DNA of 64,000 nt from an uncultured Anaerolineaceae bacterium (GTDB lineage: Bacteria > Chloroflexota > Anaerolineae > Anaerolineales > Anaerolineaceae): positions 2,372 through 66,371 of the forward strand of contig CAKMKJ010000039.1 in assembly GCA_927443345.1 (NCBI GenBank), given 5' to 3'. Position 1 is the first letter of the stretch. Every line of letters starts with the position of its first letter. A program made the position numbers and the translations under genes. Shown in pieces: positions 55,342 to 64,000 of the stretch. The notes beneath the pieces were generated by a model. It did not search any database and was not told where the DNA came from. It worked only from the letters and a program-made list of their open reading frames with translations.

Positions 55342-55379
55342 AAAAAGTGCCTTCCACTATTAGCTGAATAGTGTAAGGC
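55342..55379 (-). terminator. Rho-independent terminator after the lipoprotein gene
   Basis: On the minus strand, GCCTTACACTATT-loop-AATAGTGGAAGGC (13-bp stem with one mismatch) is followed by a 3-nt spacer (ACT) and a T-rich tract TTTTTGGTTT. It starts 24 nt after the stop at 55403. Confidence 0.65.
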
Positions 55380-55402
55380 GCTTTACGCAATTCTCTAGTG
55401 AT

Positions 55403-56662
55403 TTATTCTGCTGTGCGTGAGAGCGTGGCTTCCAAAGGCAAGTAAAACTCGCCGGCTGGCGCTGTGATAATCTTCCACTGGATAGTGTTGAAATCAATAT
55501 AGGTGATCTCGGCAGTCCCAGGCTGGTCGGTGAACGAGCTTTGGAACTGCACAGTCGCCACCTTACCTTTTATCCACCCATTGATGGAAGCTTCAAGCGA
55601 ATCGATTTTGCTGCCATCTTGAACCACAACCACGTGCTGACCATAAACCTGTTTCCAATTTTGATAGAGCTCCAGTGTGAAGCCGGTGTTGGCATCCACC
55701 CAGCGACCGTCCATCGAAAAATCGGCGGTATTTTGCGCTGTTGTAACCTCAACTGAATAGATTTTCTGCTCCGGGGATAAACCGCAGGCATCCAACGGCT
55801 GGTCAGCGGGACATTCCACACCCATCTCAGGTTTCCAGTTGACTTTGATCAGCATCAAGCCCATGTCGCGATACAAACCCGCAGCCGAACCAGTGACACC
55901 GTCAGCCGCATAATCCTGCGCTTGAGTCCAGCCAGTACCAACTGTACTAATCAGTGTGTTGACCACACTGCGCGGATCGGAGAACTCCGCACCGGTGCCG
56001 GCGGCAGTCAGACGGCAGCCTTGCCCTGCTTCACGGCCAACAGCATCCAAAAACGGTGCATAAGGTTCAGGATATACCTCTTTATTAAGTGCTGTGGTCA
56101 TTTCTTGTTGCAATAATTGGCACACACTTAAATCTATGGGTTCATAAACCGCGCCGGATGCCGGGTCAACCGTCTCAGCCGGGATTTCGATTCGATATGA
56201 ATACAAGAGTTCTTCTTTCGCCAATGATTTGATTTCAACCGTGTAGGTTTGATTAACAGGCAAAACCTGGCTCCAGTAAGTCAGCGGTTCACTGGTCAAA
56301 ATAGTTCCAGACGCATCCATAATGGTTAGGGTGGCCAGAGGCGCTTCTGCGGATGCCGGTTCAGTGGTCAGCCACATTGATACTTGCTGCCCTTGTAGAG
56401 CACTGACCGTAAAGCGGATGGCTGTATAGGGCTTCAAGTCGCCAGGAGTCTGCATGAAAGTAGTGCCTGGGTTGAATTGTAATGGTCCGGCATCCGTAAC
56501 CTGCCAGATCGTTTGAGCAGTTTCTGTTGCGGTGTCTGCTGCTTCATCCGTGGATGTCTGTGTCGCAATTGGAATCACTGCTGCCGGCTGGGAACAACCC
56601 GCCAACAACACAAAGGTTAATAATAAGGCAAAAAACAAATAGATCTGGTTTTTCAATGACAT
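55403..56662 (-). CDS. Hypothetical secreted lipoprotein
   Basis: It has lipobox LLAGCSQ. The start is set at ATG 56662, with AGGAG 10 nt upstream; the track gives 56698. I recognise no catalytic motif. Confidence 0.55.
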   Translation of the reverse strand: MSLKNQIYLFFALLLTFVLLAGCSQPAAVIPIATQTSTDEAADTATETAQTIWQVTDAGPLQFNPGTTFMQTPGDLKPYTAIRFTVSALQGQQVSMWLTTEPASAEAPLATLTIMDASGTILTSEPLTYWSQVLPVNQTYTVEIKSLAKEELLYSYRIEIPAETVDPASGAVYEPIDLSVCQLLQQEMTTALNKEVYPEPYAPFLDAVGREAGQGCRLTAAGTGAEFSDPRSVVNTLISTVGTGWTQAQDYAADGVTGSAAGLYRDMGLMLIKVNWKPEMGVECPADQPLDACGLSPEQKIYSVEVTTAQNTADFSMDGRWVDANTGFTLELYQNWKQVYGQHVVVVQDGSKIDSLEASINGWIKGKVATVQFQSSFTDQPGTAEITYIDFNTIQWKIITAPAGEFYLPLEATLSRTAE

Positions 56663-56804
56663 GTTCGTTATTCTCCTGATGGGTAATAAGTGCTTCAATC
56701 ATTATAGGCCAGGTTTCTGCTGAATTGATAAACTCACCCTGATTACCTTTTGACGCATCGCTTTAATGCCATCAAGGGCCACGACAGTTTATTGGATATT
56801 TAAT

Positions 56805-56858
56805 TGTAATGTCGCTGTAATGTCAAAACCTTGTAATCGCGAATTATCAGGCTATACT
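56805..56858 (+). promoter_or_regulatory. Candidate flp promoter with three TGTAAT direct repeats
   Basis: TTGTAA (56831-56836), a 16-nt spacer, then TATACT (56853-56858). TGTAATGTC occurs at 56805 and at 56816 (11-bp phasing), and TGTAATC at 56832 overlaps the -35. Confidence 0.4.
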
Positions 56859-56895
56859 TTAATTAACATTCATTTATTGAACAAGGAGAAATAAT

Positions 56896-57051
56896 ATGTT
56901 ATTCGCCCCGAAAGAAAAAGGTCAAGGTTTGATTGAATACGCACTGATCCTCGTGCTCATCGCTGTGGTCGTAATTGTTGTCTTGCGCTTGCTCGGACCT
57001 CAAATTGGTGATGTCTTCAGCAAGATTAACAATTCACTTTCTGCTGTCTAG
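56896..57051 (+). CDS. flp: Flp/Fap family type IVb pilin (51 aa, missing from the ORF track)
   Basis: Hand translation gives MLFAPKEKGQGLIEYALILVLIAVVVIVVLRLLGPQIGDVFSKINNSLSAV. It has the Flp prepilin motif G/xxxxEY followed by a hydrophobic helix. AAGGAG lies 7 nt upstream, and a strong terminator follows. Confidence 0.8.
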   Translation: MLFAPKEKGQGLIEYALILVLIAVVVIVVLRLLGPQIGDVFSKINNSLSAV

Positions 57052-57069
57052 TACGATTCATTGCACAAC

Positions 57070-57111
57070 CCAAATAAAAACCTCGAGCGATCGCTCGAGG
57101 TTTTTATTTGG
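57070..57111. terminator. 42-bp perfect palindrome, bidirectional terminator
   Basis: CCAAATAAAAACCTCGAGCGA|TCGCTCGAGGTTTTTATTTGG has a GC-rich core stem flanked by an A-tract and a T-tract. It lies between the convergent flp and SDR genes. Confidence 0.8.
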
Positions 57112-57115
57112 GCAA

Positions 57116-57820
57116 CTACTTTTGTAACATGCTGTAATCCTGGGCTGCATAAAACTGACCTGTTGGGCCGTTATCCTCCAACAGCGCAGGCACCAGAGCT
57201 CCAGGCAGAACCGTCTCAACATCATGTTCTGCGTTAGCGCCACCCATATCCGTTTTCAACCAACCCGGATCGAGAAAATTCACCAACACGTTGCTTCATC
57301 TTAATTCATAAGCCAGATCGCGGCTGTATTTATCCACAGCCGCCTTTGAAACACTATACGGGGTCAATTCGGGGTTGTCTTTGATCCCCGAAGTTAGATT
57401 GATTATGCGGCCAAACCCTCGCTCCTTCATCCCCGGCGCAAAAGCCGTGCATAGTTGAACCATGGCACACAGGTTTGTCTGAAAAACTCTCAGCCATTCA
57501 GCTTGTGGAATCTGCCACATGGGCTGCCACTTGCTCATAATAGCCGCGTTGTTATAGAGAATATCCAACTTGACCGGCAGCGCTTCTACTGCGCGGATGA
57601 TTCCCTCCACCCCCTCAACACTATCCAAAACACCAGTCACTACATGTGTTTTTACGCCATAAGGTTTTAAGAGCCCAATCGTTTTATCAGCATTTTCTGC
57701 CTTACGCGCATGCACGATGATGTTACATTTGCGTTCCGCCAAACCCATTGCAATCTGCTGTCCGATTCCCCGGCTTGAACCGGTGATCAGCGCCCATTTG
57801 TTTTCAAGTAATTTCATCAC
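57116..57820 (-). pseudogene. SDR family oxidoreductase interrupted by a single in-frame TGA
   Basis: The track ORF 57296-57820 ends ...SKAAVDKYSRDLAYELR*. Reading on in the same frame past the TGA (57298-57296) gives SNVLVNFLDPGWLKTDMGGANAEHDVETVLPGALVPALLEDNGPTGQFYAAQDYSMLQK*, the expected SDR C-terminus. Confidence 0.7.
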
Positions 57821-57840
57821 TCAATCCTTAATATACTTTT

Positions 57841-58551
57841 TTATTCCAAAAAATCTTGCATAACTTTAATCGTTTCTTCTTGGAACGGGATGTTCAAATG
57901 ATGGCAGTTCATCACTTTTTGCAGATCGCATCCTGGGATAATATCAGCCAAATACAAAATGTGCTCCTCTTTGATCATGTCTCGTTCGGCATACAGAATC
58001 TTCACCCTGGTCTTGATGTTTTGCAGATCACCCTCGTTGATTCCGGTATCGGTCAGCATGAGCTCATAGCGCATGATTTGCTTCTTATTCGGAAAGCCAA
58101 ATTTTCTCAGCCGCTTCATGGTCACAAGACGCCGGTTGATGGCTGCAATCACCCCACCTTTGTTGCCGCTGGCCAAGGTATTAGGCGAAATGGCTATTAC
58201 TTTTGAAAAAATTTCAGGTGTTTTCACTGCCAGCCACAAAGCCAGGTTTCCGCCATCACTGTAGCCAATCACTTTTGCTTGTGTGATTCCTTTGACTCTA
58301 CAGAAATTCATAACATCCACACTTTGCTGCTCATAAGACAGGCTGTAATCTTTAGATCGGCTCTGGCCGTGTCCGCGGCTGTCGAGGGCCATGGTGTGAA
58401 ATTGCGAGAAATAATCAAGTTGATAATTACAAAAAAAATCTTTACTGCCTGAGTTGCCGTGCAGCAGCAGTAAATTTGAACCATCACCGTGTTGGGTAAA
58501 AGCAATTTGTATATCATCCAGTTTAAGATACTCTGTTTTCAACTTAATCAT
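57841..58551 (-). CDS. Alpha/beta hydrolase
   Basis: 236 aa with an oxyanion-region LLLHGNSGS, the nucleophile elbow GYSDGG, and a C-terminal His (CHHL). Confidence 0.75.
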   Translation of the reverse strand: MIKLKTEYLKLDDIQIAFTQHGDGSNLLLLHGNSGSKDFFCNYQLDYFSQFHTMALDSRGHGQSRSKDYSLSYEQQSVDVMNFCRVKGITQAKVIGYSDGGNLALWLAVKTPEIFSKVIAISPNTLASGNKGGVIAAINRRLVTMKRLRKFGFPNKKQIMRYELMLTDTGINEGDLQNIKTRVKILYAERDMIKEEHILYLADIIPGCDLQKVMNCHHLNIPFQEETIKVMQDFLE

Positions 58552-58575
58552 CCACCTGACCTTCGATTTTTAGAA

Positions 58576-58977
58576 TTATACGTTAGGAGAAGTTTCCATA
58601 TTTTTGAGTACTTTTATTGCCTCGGATGCTCGTTCGATGGGGACAAATATATGGTCATGATAAGCACCCGCCACCACATTACAGCTTATCCCGGCCTTGC
58701 CCAATGCACTGGCAAAAGCCGCGGTCAGCCCTACTGCCTGCAAATCAGAGTTGACCGTGAGTGTTATCCACCCCGCAAGGAACATGATCGGCAGTCCGAG
58801 CGACACCGCATCACTTTCTGCAATCACTGCAGAATAGCCTTCAGTCTCACAAATTGAGGCAATCACCCTGACGGATTTTAATACCTCGGCACTCTGTACC
58901 GAGACAAACGCAAACACACCGGGGTTTAAGACCGGTTCCATACTTTTTATCAGTTGGTCGAGATCAGTTATGGGCAA
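58576..58977 (-). CDS. ACT-domain-like small protein
   Basis: 133 aa. The N-terminal LDQLIKSMEPVLNPGVFAFVSV pattern resembles ACT_7-type proteins. This is a recollection only. Confidence 0.4.
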   Translation of the reverse strand: MPITDLDQLIKSMEPVLNPGVFAFVSVQSAEVLKSVRVIASICETEGYSAVIAESDAVSLGLPIMFLAGWITLTVNSDLQAVGLTAAFASALGKAGISCNVVAGAYHDHIFVPIERASEAIKVLKNMETSPNV

Positions 58978-59008
58978 GCTTAATGCGACCTTTTCAACAA
59001 ACTAAAAA

Positions 59009-59407
59009 TCAAGCGCTTTGTGCCGGGTTGGTTTTTCTTAGCCCTGAAATTGCCAACACAATACACATCACGGAAAGCATCAACCCCGGCCAATGCGTGC
59101 TAAGAAAATCATTTGCTTTGGGTAACACTCGGTATCCGTTCGAGATCATTAGAAAAGCCATGGCGGCCATCATAATCAACAGCAGCCATTCAAAAGCAGT
59201 CTTGAAGCTCTTTTCTGGCAATTGAGGTTGAGAATCAATAGCAACCTTATTTACTCCAAATAATGTAGCAATTCCAGAAACAGCCAACATAAAACCAAGT
59301 AATTCAAAACCCTCAACCAGATGTAACCCGATGCTAACCGCTCCAGCCACAAGTGAAAAAATAATCATCATGCGGTAACTCATCACAAACCGTTTTTTGG
59401 TATTCAT
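59009..59407 (-). CDS. Hypothetical membrane protein (4 TM helices)
   Basis: 132 aa, hydrophobic, with no motif I recognise. Confidence 0.4.
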   Translation of the reverse strand: MNTKKRFVMSYRMMIIFSLVAGAVSIGLHLVEGFELLGFMLAVSGIATLFGVNKVAIDSQPQLPEKSFKTAFEWLLLIMMAAMAFLMISNGYRVLPKANDFLSTHWPGLMLSVMCIVLAISGLRKTNPAQSA

Positions 59408-59503
59408 GGAAAAGCCCTCCTTATTACAACAAAAAAGAATAAGTGCAATCCATTACACTATAGCAAAAATCTTGTGTAATAAAAAGGGGGTAACGACAGC
59501 TTT

Positions 59504-60265
59504 TTAGGTGGCCACCACCTTGTCAAAACGGCTGTCCAGACAGACGCTCAGGTCGGTGGTGACAAATTTGCCATCTTTGAACAGGCTGAAGATGGTTGCC
59601 GGCGTCGGCGCGGATTGAGCCTGTTCCATGCTTTCCAATTTGATAATTTTCAGCGGCAGATTGCGTTTAGCTGCGGTCTCCACCAGCACTTCATTGACAA
59701 AATACTCGCAAAACGGACAGCGATTGGTGTAGTAAACCACCAATCCAGTCTTCTCGGGGCATTCTCCGCTTTTCACACAATCCTTGAATGCTGGTTTACC
59801 TTTTGACTCACCAAATTTCAGCACTAACAAGTCAAAACCTGCTGGCGTGGTATCGCAAACCTCAAACCCCTGATCCAGCAGCCACTTGGTGTCACTCATA
59901 AAGTGAAACTTCTTGGTGCCGGCCACGGTTACAACGCCGTCTTTGCCCTGTCGTTTGGCATCTTCAGTCACAGAATCAAGCAAGGCCTTGCCGTGACCCT
60001 TGCCTTTATAACTGCCTGATACCCAGAAACAGCCCAGCATCAAGGTGTTTGGGGCGCTTACCGGCAGCCAGGCGGATTCAGAAGGTCCATATTCGACAAA
60101 CACCTTCGCGCGTTCATCTAATCTACGAAAAACGAATCCGCGCTCAAATTGATTGGTGAGCCAGGCTTTCTTAAGTTGGGTCCCCTCGTTGCATTTTTTG
60201 TCGGAAAATCCGCAGCAAATGTGTTCTGCGTCGATATTGATTTTTGATAAACCTATATAGCCCAT
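59504..60265 (-). CDS. GNAT N-acetyltransferase with YoaP-like C-terminal domain
   Basis: It has a GNAT motif A-like region, GSYKGKGHGKALL, and a C-terminal thioredoxin-like CPFCEYF segment as in YoaP-type proteins. The start is set at ATG 60265 to avoid overlapping the upstream gene. Confidence 0.5.
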   Translation of the reverse strand: MGYIGLSKINIDAEHICCGFSDKKCNEGTQLKKAWLTNQFERGFVFRRLDERAKVFVEYGPSESAWLPVSAPNTLMLGCFWVSGSYKGKGHGKALLDSVTEDAKRQGKDGVVTVAGTKKFHFMSDTKWLLDQGFEVCDTTPAGFDLLVLKFGESKGKPAFKDCVKSGECPEKTGLVVYYTNRCPFCEYFVNEVLVETAAKRNLPLKIIKLESMEQAQSAPTPATIFSLFKDGKFVTTDLSVCLDSRFDKVVAT

Positions 60266-60278
60266 GATAACCAACTCC

Positions 60279-60935
60279 CTAAAGTGTGTATTGTGCCGCA
60301 ACAATCAACCGTTTTATATCTCGCAAACCAATTGTCCCTTTGAAATAATTGCCCTGTTTATTAACGCGATTCATTGCCTCAAATAATTCATTCCCGTCAG
60401 CAGTAGTAACTTTCTGACAGGTTTCATAACCCGCTTCGATCAGCATTCGGCCAGCAGTAGGGCTTACCCATTGAACCCTGCAGAGCGACGCCAGATTTGC
60501 CAAATAGCCCATCATTTCGCGGTCAATGCCAGTTTTATCGGCAAAAAGAATTCGTGATTGCAGATCGCTGTACTTTGAATAAAGCTGGTCAGAACTGGTG
60601 ATGCCATCATTTAGCAACTTTTTAATCACCTCTTGCGGCACCCAATCAATGACATTCAGATTAAAAAGCTTTGGGAGATAACCTTCAATTTCTCTTCGCA
60701 AAAGAACCAGATATTCAAAATCAATCCCGGATTTCTTGGCAAAATCTTCAATTTTCTTCGGGTTTTTAATGGCTTTCTGAAGATCCAGCCAGGTTTGCAA
60801 CCCTTGTTGCTTGAGTTTATCAAAAACGGTGTCAATCTCTTCCATTAAAACCGACCGGCTCGGAACCAGGTCAGTCGATATAATGCGCTCTCGCAAATCA
60901 TCCAGGCTGACCGTTTCAGGTTTGGAATAATCCAT
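60279..60935 (-). CDS. Hypothetical protein (possible DUF4332/HhH-like)
   Basis: 218 aa with no catalytic motif. It bears a weak resemblance to DUF4332 proteins. Confidence 0.35.
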   Translation of the reverse strand: MDYSKPETVSLDDLRERIISTDLVPSRSVLMEEIDTVFDKLKQQGLQTWLDLQKAIKNPKKIEDFAKKSGIDFEYLVLLRREIEGYLPKLFNLNVIDWVPQEVIKKLLNDGITSSDQLYSKYSDLQSRILFADKTGIDREMMGYLANLASLCRVQWVSPTAGRMLIEAGYETCQKVTTADGNELFEAMNRVNKQGNYFKGTIGLRDIKRLIVAAQYTL

Positions 60936-60965
60936 GGTTATACCTCCTGTTATCTCGTTCTCCTG

Positions 60966-61808
60966 TTATTTTACAGGAATCAAGATAGTTAGCGCTCGTT
61001 CTTTTGAGCTCTTTTCTTTTTTCCAACTGCAGATCGTCATTTCTACATTTTCAACCAGCCCTACCCGCGGAATCCAGGTGGTATGCAGATAAGCCGACGC
61101 AAGCGATAATTCCGATTCAGGCACTTGCATTTTCACAAAACGACCTTTATGAATGGTTTGACTGACAAAAAGCGCAGATTCATGCTGAATCTGATTCTTT
61201 TCAGCGCCAACAAAACAATACCGTTTTCCTATCTGATGATTCAAGCGAATTTCCATTTCATAGATTTGTGCGTTCTCCTGCAGGCTGATTTCAGATAAAA
61301 AATCATCGCAAACCTGCTTCCGTAGAATCGCTGCTTTTTTATCATTATCATCAAGGGCGGTCATTAATCCAAACAAGGTCAAGTCGTCTTCCTCAACCAC
61401 CAGTGGTGTGCTGAAGTGATCGCTGTTGATAAATTTTAGTTCAGCATGTGTCTTGGCTTGCAATAAAAATTGAAAGGGGATGCCGTTCTCTTTTCTGCAT
61501 TGACTTGGCGTCATTTGGAACATCTTGCGAAAAACCCTTGAAAAGGTTTCTTGATCATTAAAGCCGAAATCCTGCGTAATATCAATAATCCTCTGCTCGC
61601 TGCGGATTAAGGCTTTGGCAGCCTCGGTCAATCGCCTGCGCATCAGATAATCATAAGGGGTATGATGAACGACCTGATTGAACTTGCGCATGAAATGAAA
61701 AAGCGAATATCCCGCCGCATCAGCAATTTGTGCAACGCTAATATCCTCTTTGAGGTGGCTTTCGATGAACTCAATCGCCTTAAAGATTACAGCTACTTGA
61801 TCGTGCAT
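60966..61808 (-). CDS. AraC-family regulator with GyrI-like effector-binding domain
   Basis: 280 aa with an N-terminal double HTH (ISVAQIADAAGYSLFHFMRKF...FGFNDQETFSRVFRKMFQMTPSQ) and a C-terminal GyrI-like half. Confidence 0.8.
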   Translation of the reverse strand: MHDQVAVIFKAIEFIESHLKEDISVAQIADAAGYSLFHFMRKFNQVVHHTPYDYLMRRRLTEAAKALIRSEQRIIDITQDFGFNDQETFSRVFRKMFQMTPSQCRKENGIPFQFLLQAKTHAELKFINSDHFSTPLVVEEDDLTLFGLMTALDDNDKKAAILRKQVCDDFLSEISLQENAQIYEMEIRLNHQIGKRYCFVGAEKNQIQHESALFVSQTIHKGRFVKMQVPESELSLASAYLHTTWIPRVGLVENVEMTICSWKKEKSSKERALTILIPVK

Positions 61809-62323
61809 CAGTCAGATTTCTTCGTAATTGGAATATACACATCCAACACCGATTCATTGATTCGATCCAACCCTTTAAAACGGTCGTCGTAATATTGAAA
61901 ATTGTAAGTGCCAGCGCTCTTATAATCTGATTCAGACATCCAGGCTTCAAGGATTTTCTCCCAATCAGAATTGATCTCTTCGCCTTTAAACGTGAAAATG
62001 GCATACTGGCTAGCAGGCAGGTTTTTTACCAATAATTGAGATGGCAAATCAGTCACTCGCTCCAGTTCAATTGTTACCCCGACAAAAACTTCGAAGAGTC
62101 CTTTTGCCTGTGTTTCTTCAGAGTGGATGTGGACCTCATACCACGCACTGGATTGCGAGAGGGAAGAGAAAACGGCATCCTTTTGTAGAAAAGCGAATAA
62201 GCGCTTCCACAGGAGTCCGATTTGATTGTCTTCATCCCAGCCGGCATGGGTATCAAACGGATCCCCATAAAACGACATCCCCACAAGGGTGATTGGTTTG
62301 GATTCAATTATTTTTGGCTGCAC
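61808..62323 (-). CDS. Stand-alone GyrI-like small-molecule-binding protein
   Basis: 171 aa with KPITLVGMSFYGDPF... Its stop overlaps the AraC start by 1 nt (TGATG). Confidence 0.6.
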   Translation of the reverse strand: MQPKIIESKPITLVGMSFYGDPFDTHAGWDEDNQIGLLWKRLFAFLQKDAVFSSLSQSSAWYEVHIHSEETQAKGLFEVFVGVTIELERVTDLPSQLLVKNLPASQYAIFTFKGEEINSDWEKILEAWMSESDYKSAGTYNFQYYDDRFKGLDRINESVLDVYIPITKKSD

Positions 62324-62399
62324 AATTATCTCTCAGAATTGGATTTTTAAATATCATACTCCCCCTTTGCAATAAACACAAAAGGGGAGTTTGAAACCA

Positions 62400-62906
62400 T
62401 TAACAACCAAAATCGGTTTGGTGCGAGGCAAAATAGGCCCCCGCTTCTTCCATCCATAACGGCCAATCAGAAATCCAATCTGCGACCTTCACATCGCGGA
62501 TGCGATCCGAGGAAGGCATGTAGGGTTTCAGATCAATCACCGGAGTGCCATCGAATGCATCTATCCATGGCAGCGTGACAATGCCTTGTGCATGGTCAAT
62601 CGCCATAATGGGCATTGTGGTGATACCAACCGGGTTGGGACGGTACTCGCTGCGGCAGGCAAACACACCAGCCTTTACACCAGGCGCATAGGGCAGTTCT
62701 GTCGAAAGTAAGCTGCGGTCTTTATCATTATCGTGCTTGTCTGCCCACCAGACGATCATTACATGGCTGAATGCTTCCAATTGCATCAGCGCTTCTCGAT
62801 ACTCCGGCAACACCTCGATGCAGTATTTTCCCTGCTCGTCTGATACCTGCACAACGCCAATCGGATTGATGACTATGGGTTTTATTGCTGTTTTGGTTTG
62901 AACCAT
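62400..62906 (-). CDS. trmO: TsaA/TrmO-like SAM-dependent tRNA methyltransferase domain protein
   Basis: INPIGVV..., RPNPVGIT and DGTPVIDLKPY are typical of the UPF0066/TrmO family. The start is set at ATG 62906, with GGAGG 8 nt upstream. Confidence 0.6.
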   Translation of the reverse strand: MVQTKTAIKPIVINPIGVVQVSDEQGKYCIEVLPEYREALMQLEAFSHVMIVWWADKHDNDKDRSLLSTELPYAPGVKAGVFACRSEYRPNPVGITTMPIMAIDHAQGIVTLPWIDAFDGTPVIDLKPYMPSSDRIRDVKVADWISDWPLWMEEAGAYFASHQTDFGC

Positions 62907-63142
62907 TTGATATGCCTCCATTAATTATTTACCGGTATTCAAAGCATATCAAAATGCCAGCACACAGTCTTGATTATTATTGCTGTAAAATCAGATAATC
63001 TATAAGAGGTATGACGAATATTGCTCTTCAGACCTATTTCTTCCACCCTGCATAAGACATTTGGCTGAATCACAGTGTTAGTATCAATTTCCCTCACCTA
63101 ATCAAAAAACATCTTGAATTGATACCCACAAGGTCAATGGAA

Positions 63143-63826
63143 TTATGCGATTCGCTTTTGGGTAGACATACTTATTAATCTGGATACCACCATTGCCACA
63201 TAACCAACCCCCGTAAATTGAGTCAACATCACAAGGATTCTTCCAGTTGGGCTTATCGGCATAATATCACCCAAACCAGTAGCCGTTAAGTTAGTAAAAC
63301 TTAAAGATAAATATTCAATAAAGGTGAATGGGCGATCAATAATCATCGAACTAACAAAGCTATTCGGAATCCAGATTTGACAAACCATGTAAAGATATGC
63401 AAAACCCCACGCCAACAATGTAAAAGTTGCTCCCAATGCAAATAATTCATCTGTAGTAACACGATCATCACCAAGCATATAAGCTATTAAGCTGCCGGCG
63501 GTATAAAAATAGAGCACGGCCTCAATCAATGACGACAAGGCGAACAAGATTGTGTTGGTAAAGATCGCAGACAACACAGATAAAACAAAAGTCGGCACCG
63601 CAAGTCCCCAGGTCAGCCATGCAATAGATGAACTTGCGCTAACCACCCAGACCACCAGGACCAGTATTCCTGCACTAAACGCGCTGATTAACGCGCGTTG
63701 ACTGTGAGATCCGTCAAAGATCGCATACAAAATAAGCATGATCAATTGAGCGACCAGCAAAAATGCGGATGGATGAAATCGAAGTAATCTTCGTTTAACA
63801 GGTGAAAAATCATGATGTGTGCGCAT
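63143..63826 (-). CDS. Two-TM-pore ion channel (K+ channel-like selectivity sequence)
   Basis: TATGLGD resembles the TxGYGD filter, and there are several TM helices. The start is set at ATG 63826. The track start at 63877 is a TTG lying inside a terminator hairpin. Confidence 0.6.
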   Translation of the reverse strand: MRTHHDFSPVKRRLLRFHPSAFLLVAQLIMLILYAIFDGSHSQRALISAFSAGILVLVVWVVSASSSIAWLTWGLAVPTFVLSVLSAIFTNTILFALSSLIEAVLYFYTAGSLIAYMLGDDRVTTDELFALGATFTLLAWGFAYLYMVCQIWIPNSFVSSMIIDRPFTFIEYLSLSFTNLTATGLGDIMPISPTGRILVMLTQFTGVGYVAMVVSRLISMSTQKRIA

Positions 63827-63876
63827 GCAAAAATTATAACCAAAAAATAGCAAGAACAGGTTGTTTTCAATAATCA

Positions 63877-63912
63877 AAAAGGCTCCTTAGCATTATGCAT
63901 GGGGAGCCTTTT
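63877..63912. terminator. Bidirectional terminator-like hairpin
   Basis: AAAAGGCTCC (63877-63886) pairs with GGAGCCTTTT (63903-63912) and is followed by a T-run. The loop itself contains GCAT-T-ATGC. Confidence 0.55.
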
Positions 63913-64000
63913 TATTGATCTTATTCCGATTTTTTCCTGGATGCCGAGTAACGAAACAGGAAAATTCAGTAGTTTCCCTTTTCTTTCTCCCAACCAAATT

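Noticed and set aside
57296-57298. Selenocysteine or genetic-code reassignment at the in-frame TGA of the SDR gene
   Set aside because: TGA terminates many well-defined genes here, for example the larB, rnd and PBP-neighbour stops. The site is not a redox-active position in SDRs, and I could not see a convincing SECIS-like hairpin right after it. It is kept only as a low-probability alternative in the finding.

Overview
This 64 kb chromosomal window holds about 62 protein-coding genes, one tRNA-Ser(CGA), one disrupted gene, and several families of short palindromic or interspersed repeats. I saw no rRNA, CRISPR array, transposase, integrase or phage genes. Gene content and repeat style suggest a Chloroflexota (Anaerolineae-like) anaerobe, but that is inference only.

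Left to right, the contents are:
- a four-subunit 2-oxoacid:ferredoxin oxidoreductase operon and a thiolase
- envelope genes: lipoproteins, a LysM protein, a class-A PBP homologue, peptidase-like proteins and an M23 peptidase
- miaB, then a GAF-PAS histidine kinase coupled to an MBL-like gene, then an endonuclease III-like gene
- a low-GC GntR(YtrA-type)/ABC cassette
- rnd plus a beta-CASP RNase, followed by tRNA-Ser
- larB-larE-larC (nickel-pincer cofactor synthesis)
- a nitrogen block: gltB-gltD, a SWIM-finger gene, an operon of response regulator / GDH-like protein / PEP-utiliser ATP-grasp protein, and a canonical gdhA
- a compositionally mosaic accessory third (44.5-64 kb) with a PLP decarboxylase, a GMC oxidoreductase, an ACT/UPF0210 pair, a sugar-kinase/epimerase/methyltransferase set, an unannotated Flp pilin gene, an SDR gene interrupted by an in-frame TGA, AraC/GyrI regulators, a TrmO-like gene and a K+ channel-like gene.

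The most interesting item is the three-gene operon at 39221-42971. Each member looks non-canonical:
- the OmpR-type regulator has Glu where the phospho-acceptor Asp should be
- the glutamate dehydrogenase paralogue lacks the catalytic lysine (GGSASG instead of GGxKGG)
- the PEP/pyruvate-binding ATP-grasp protein has no phosphohistidine swivel domain.

The operon sits between GOGAT and a normal gdhA. I propose it is an undescribed glutamate/2-oxoglutarate-sensing regulatory module. All motif comparisons were done by eye from memory of family consensus sequences. No database search was run.
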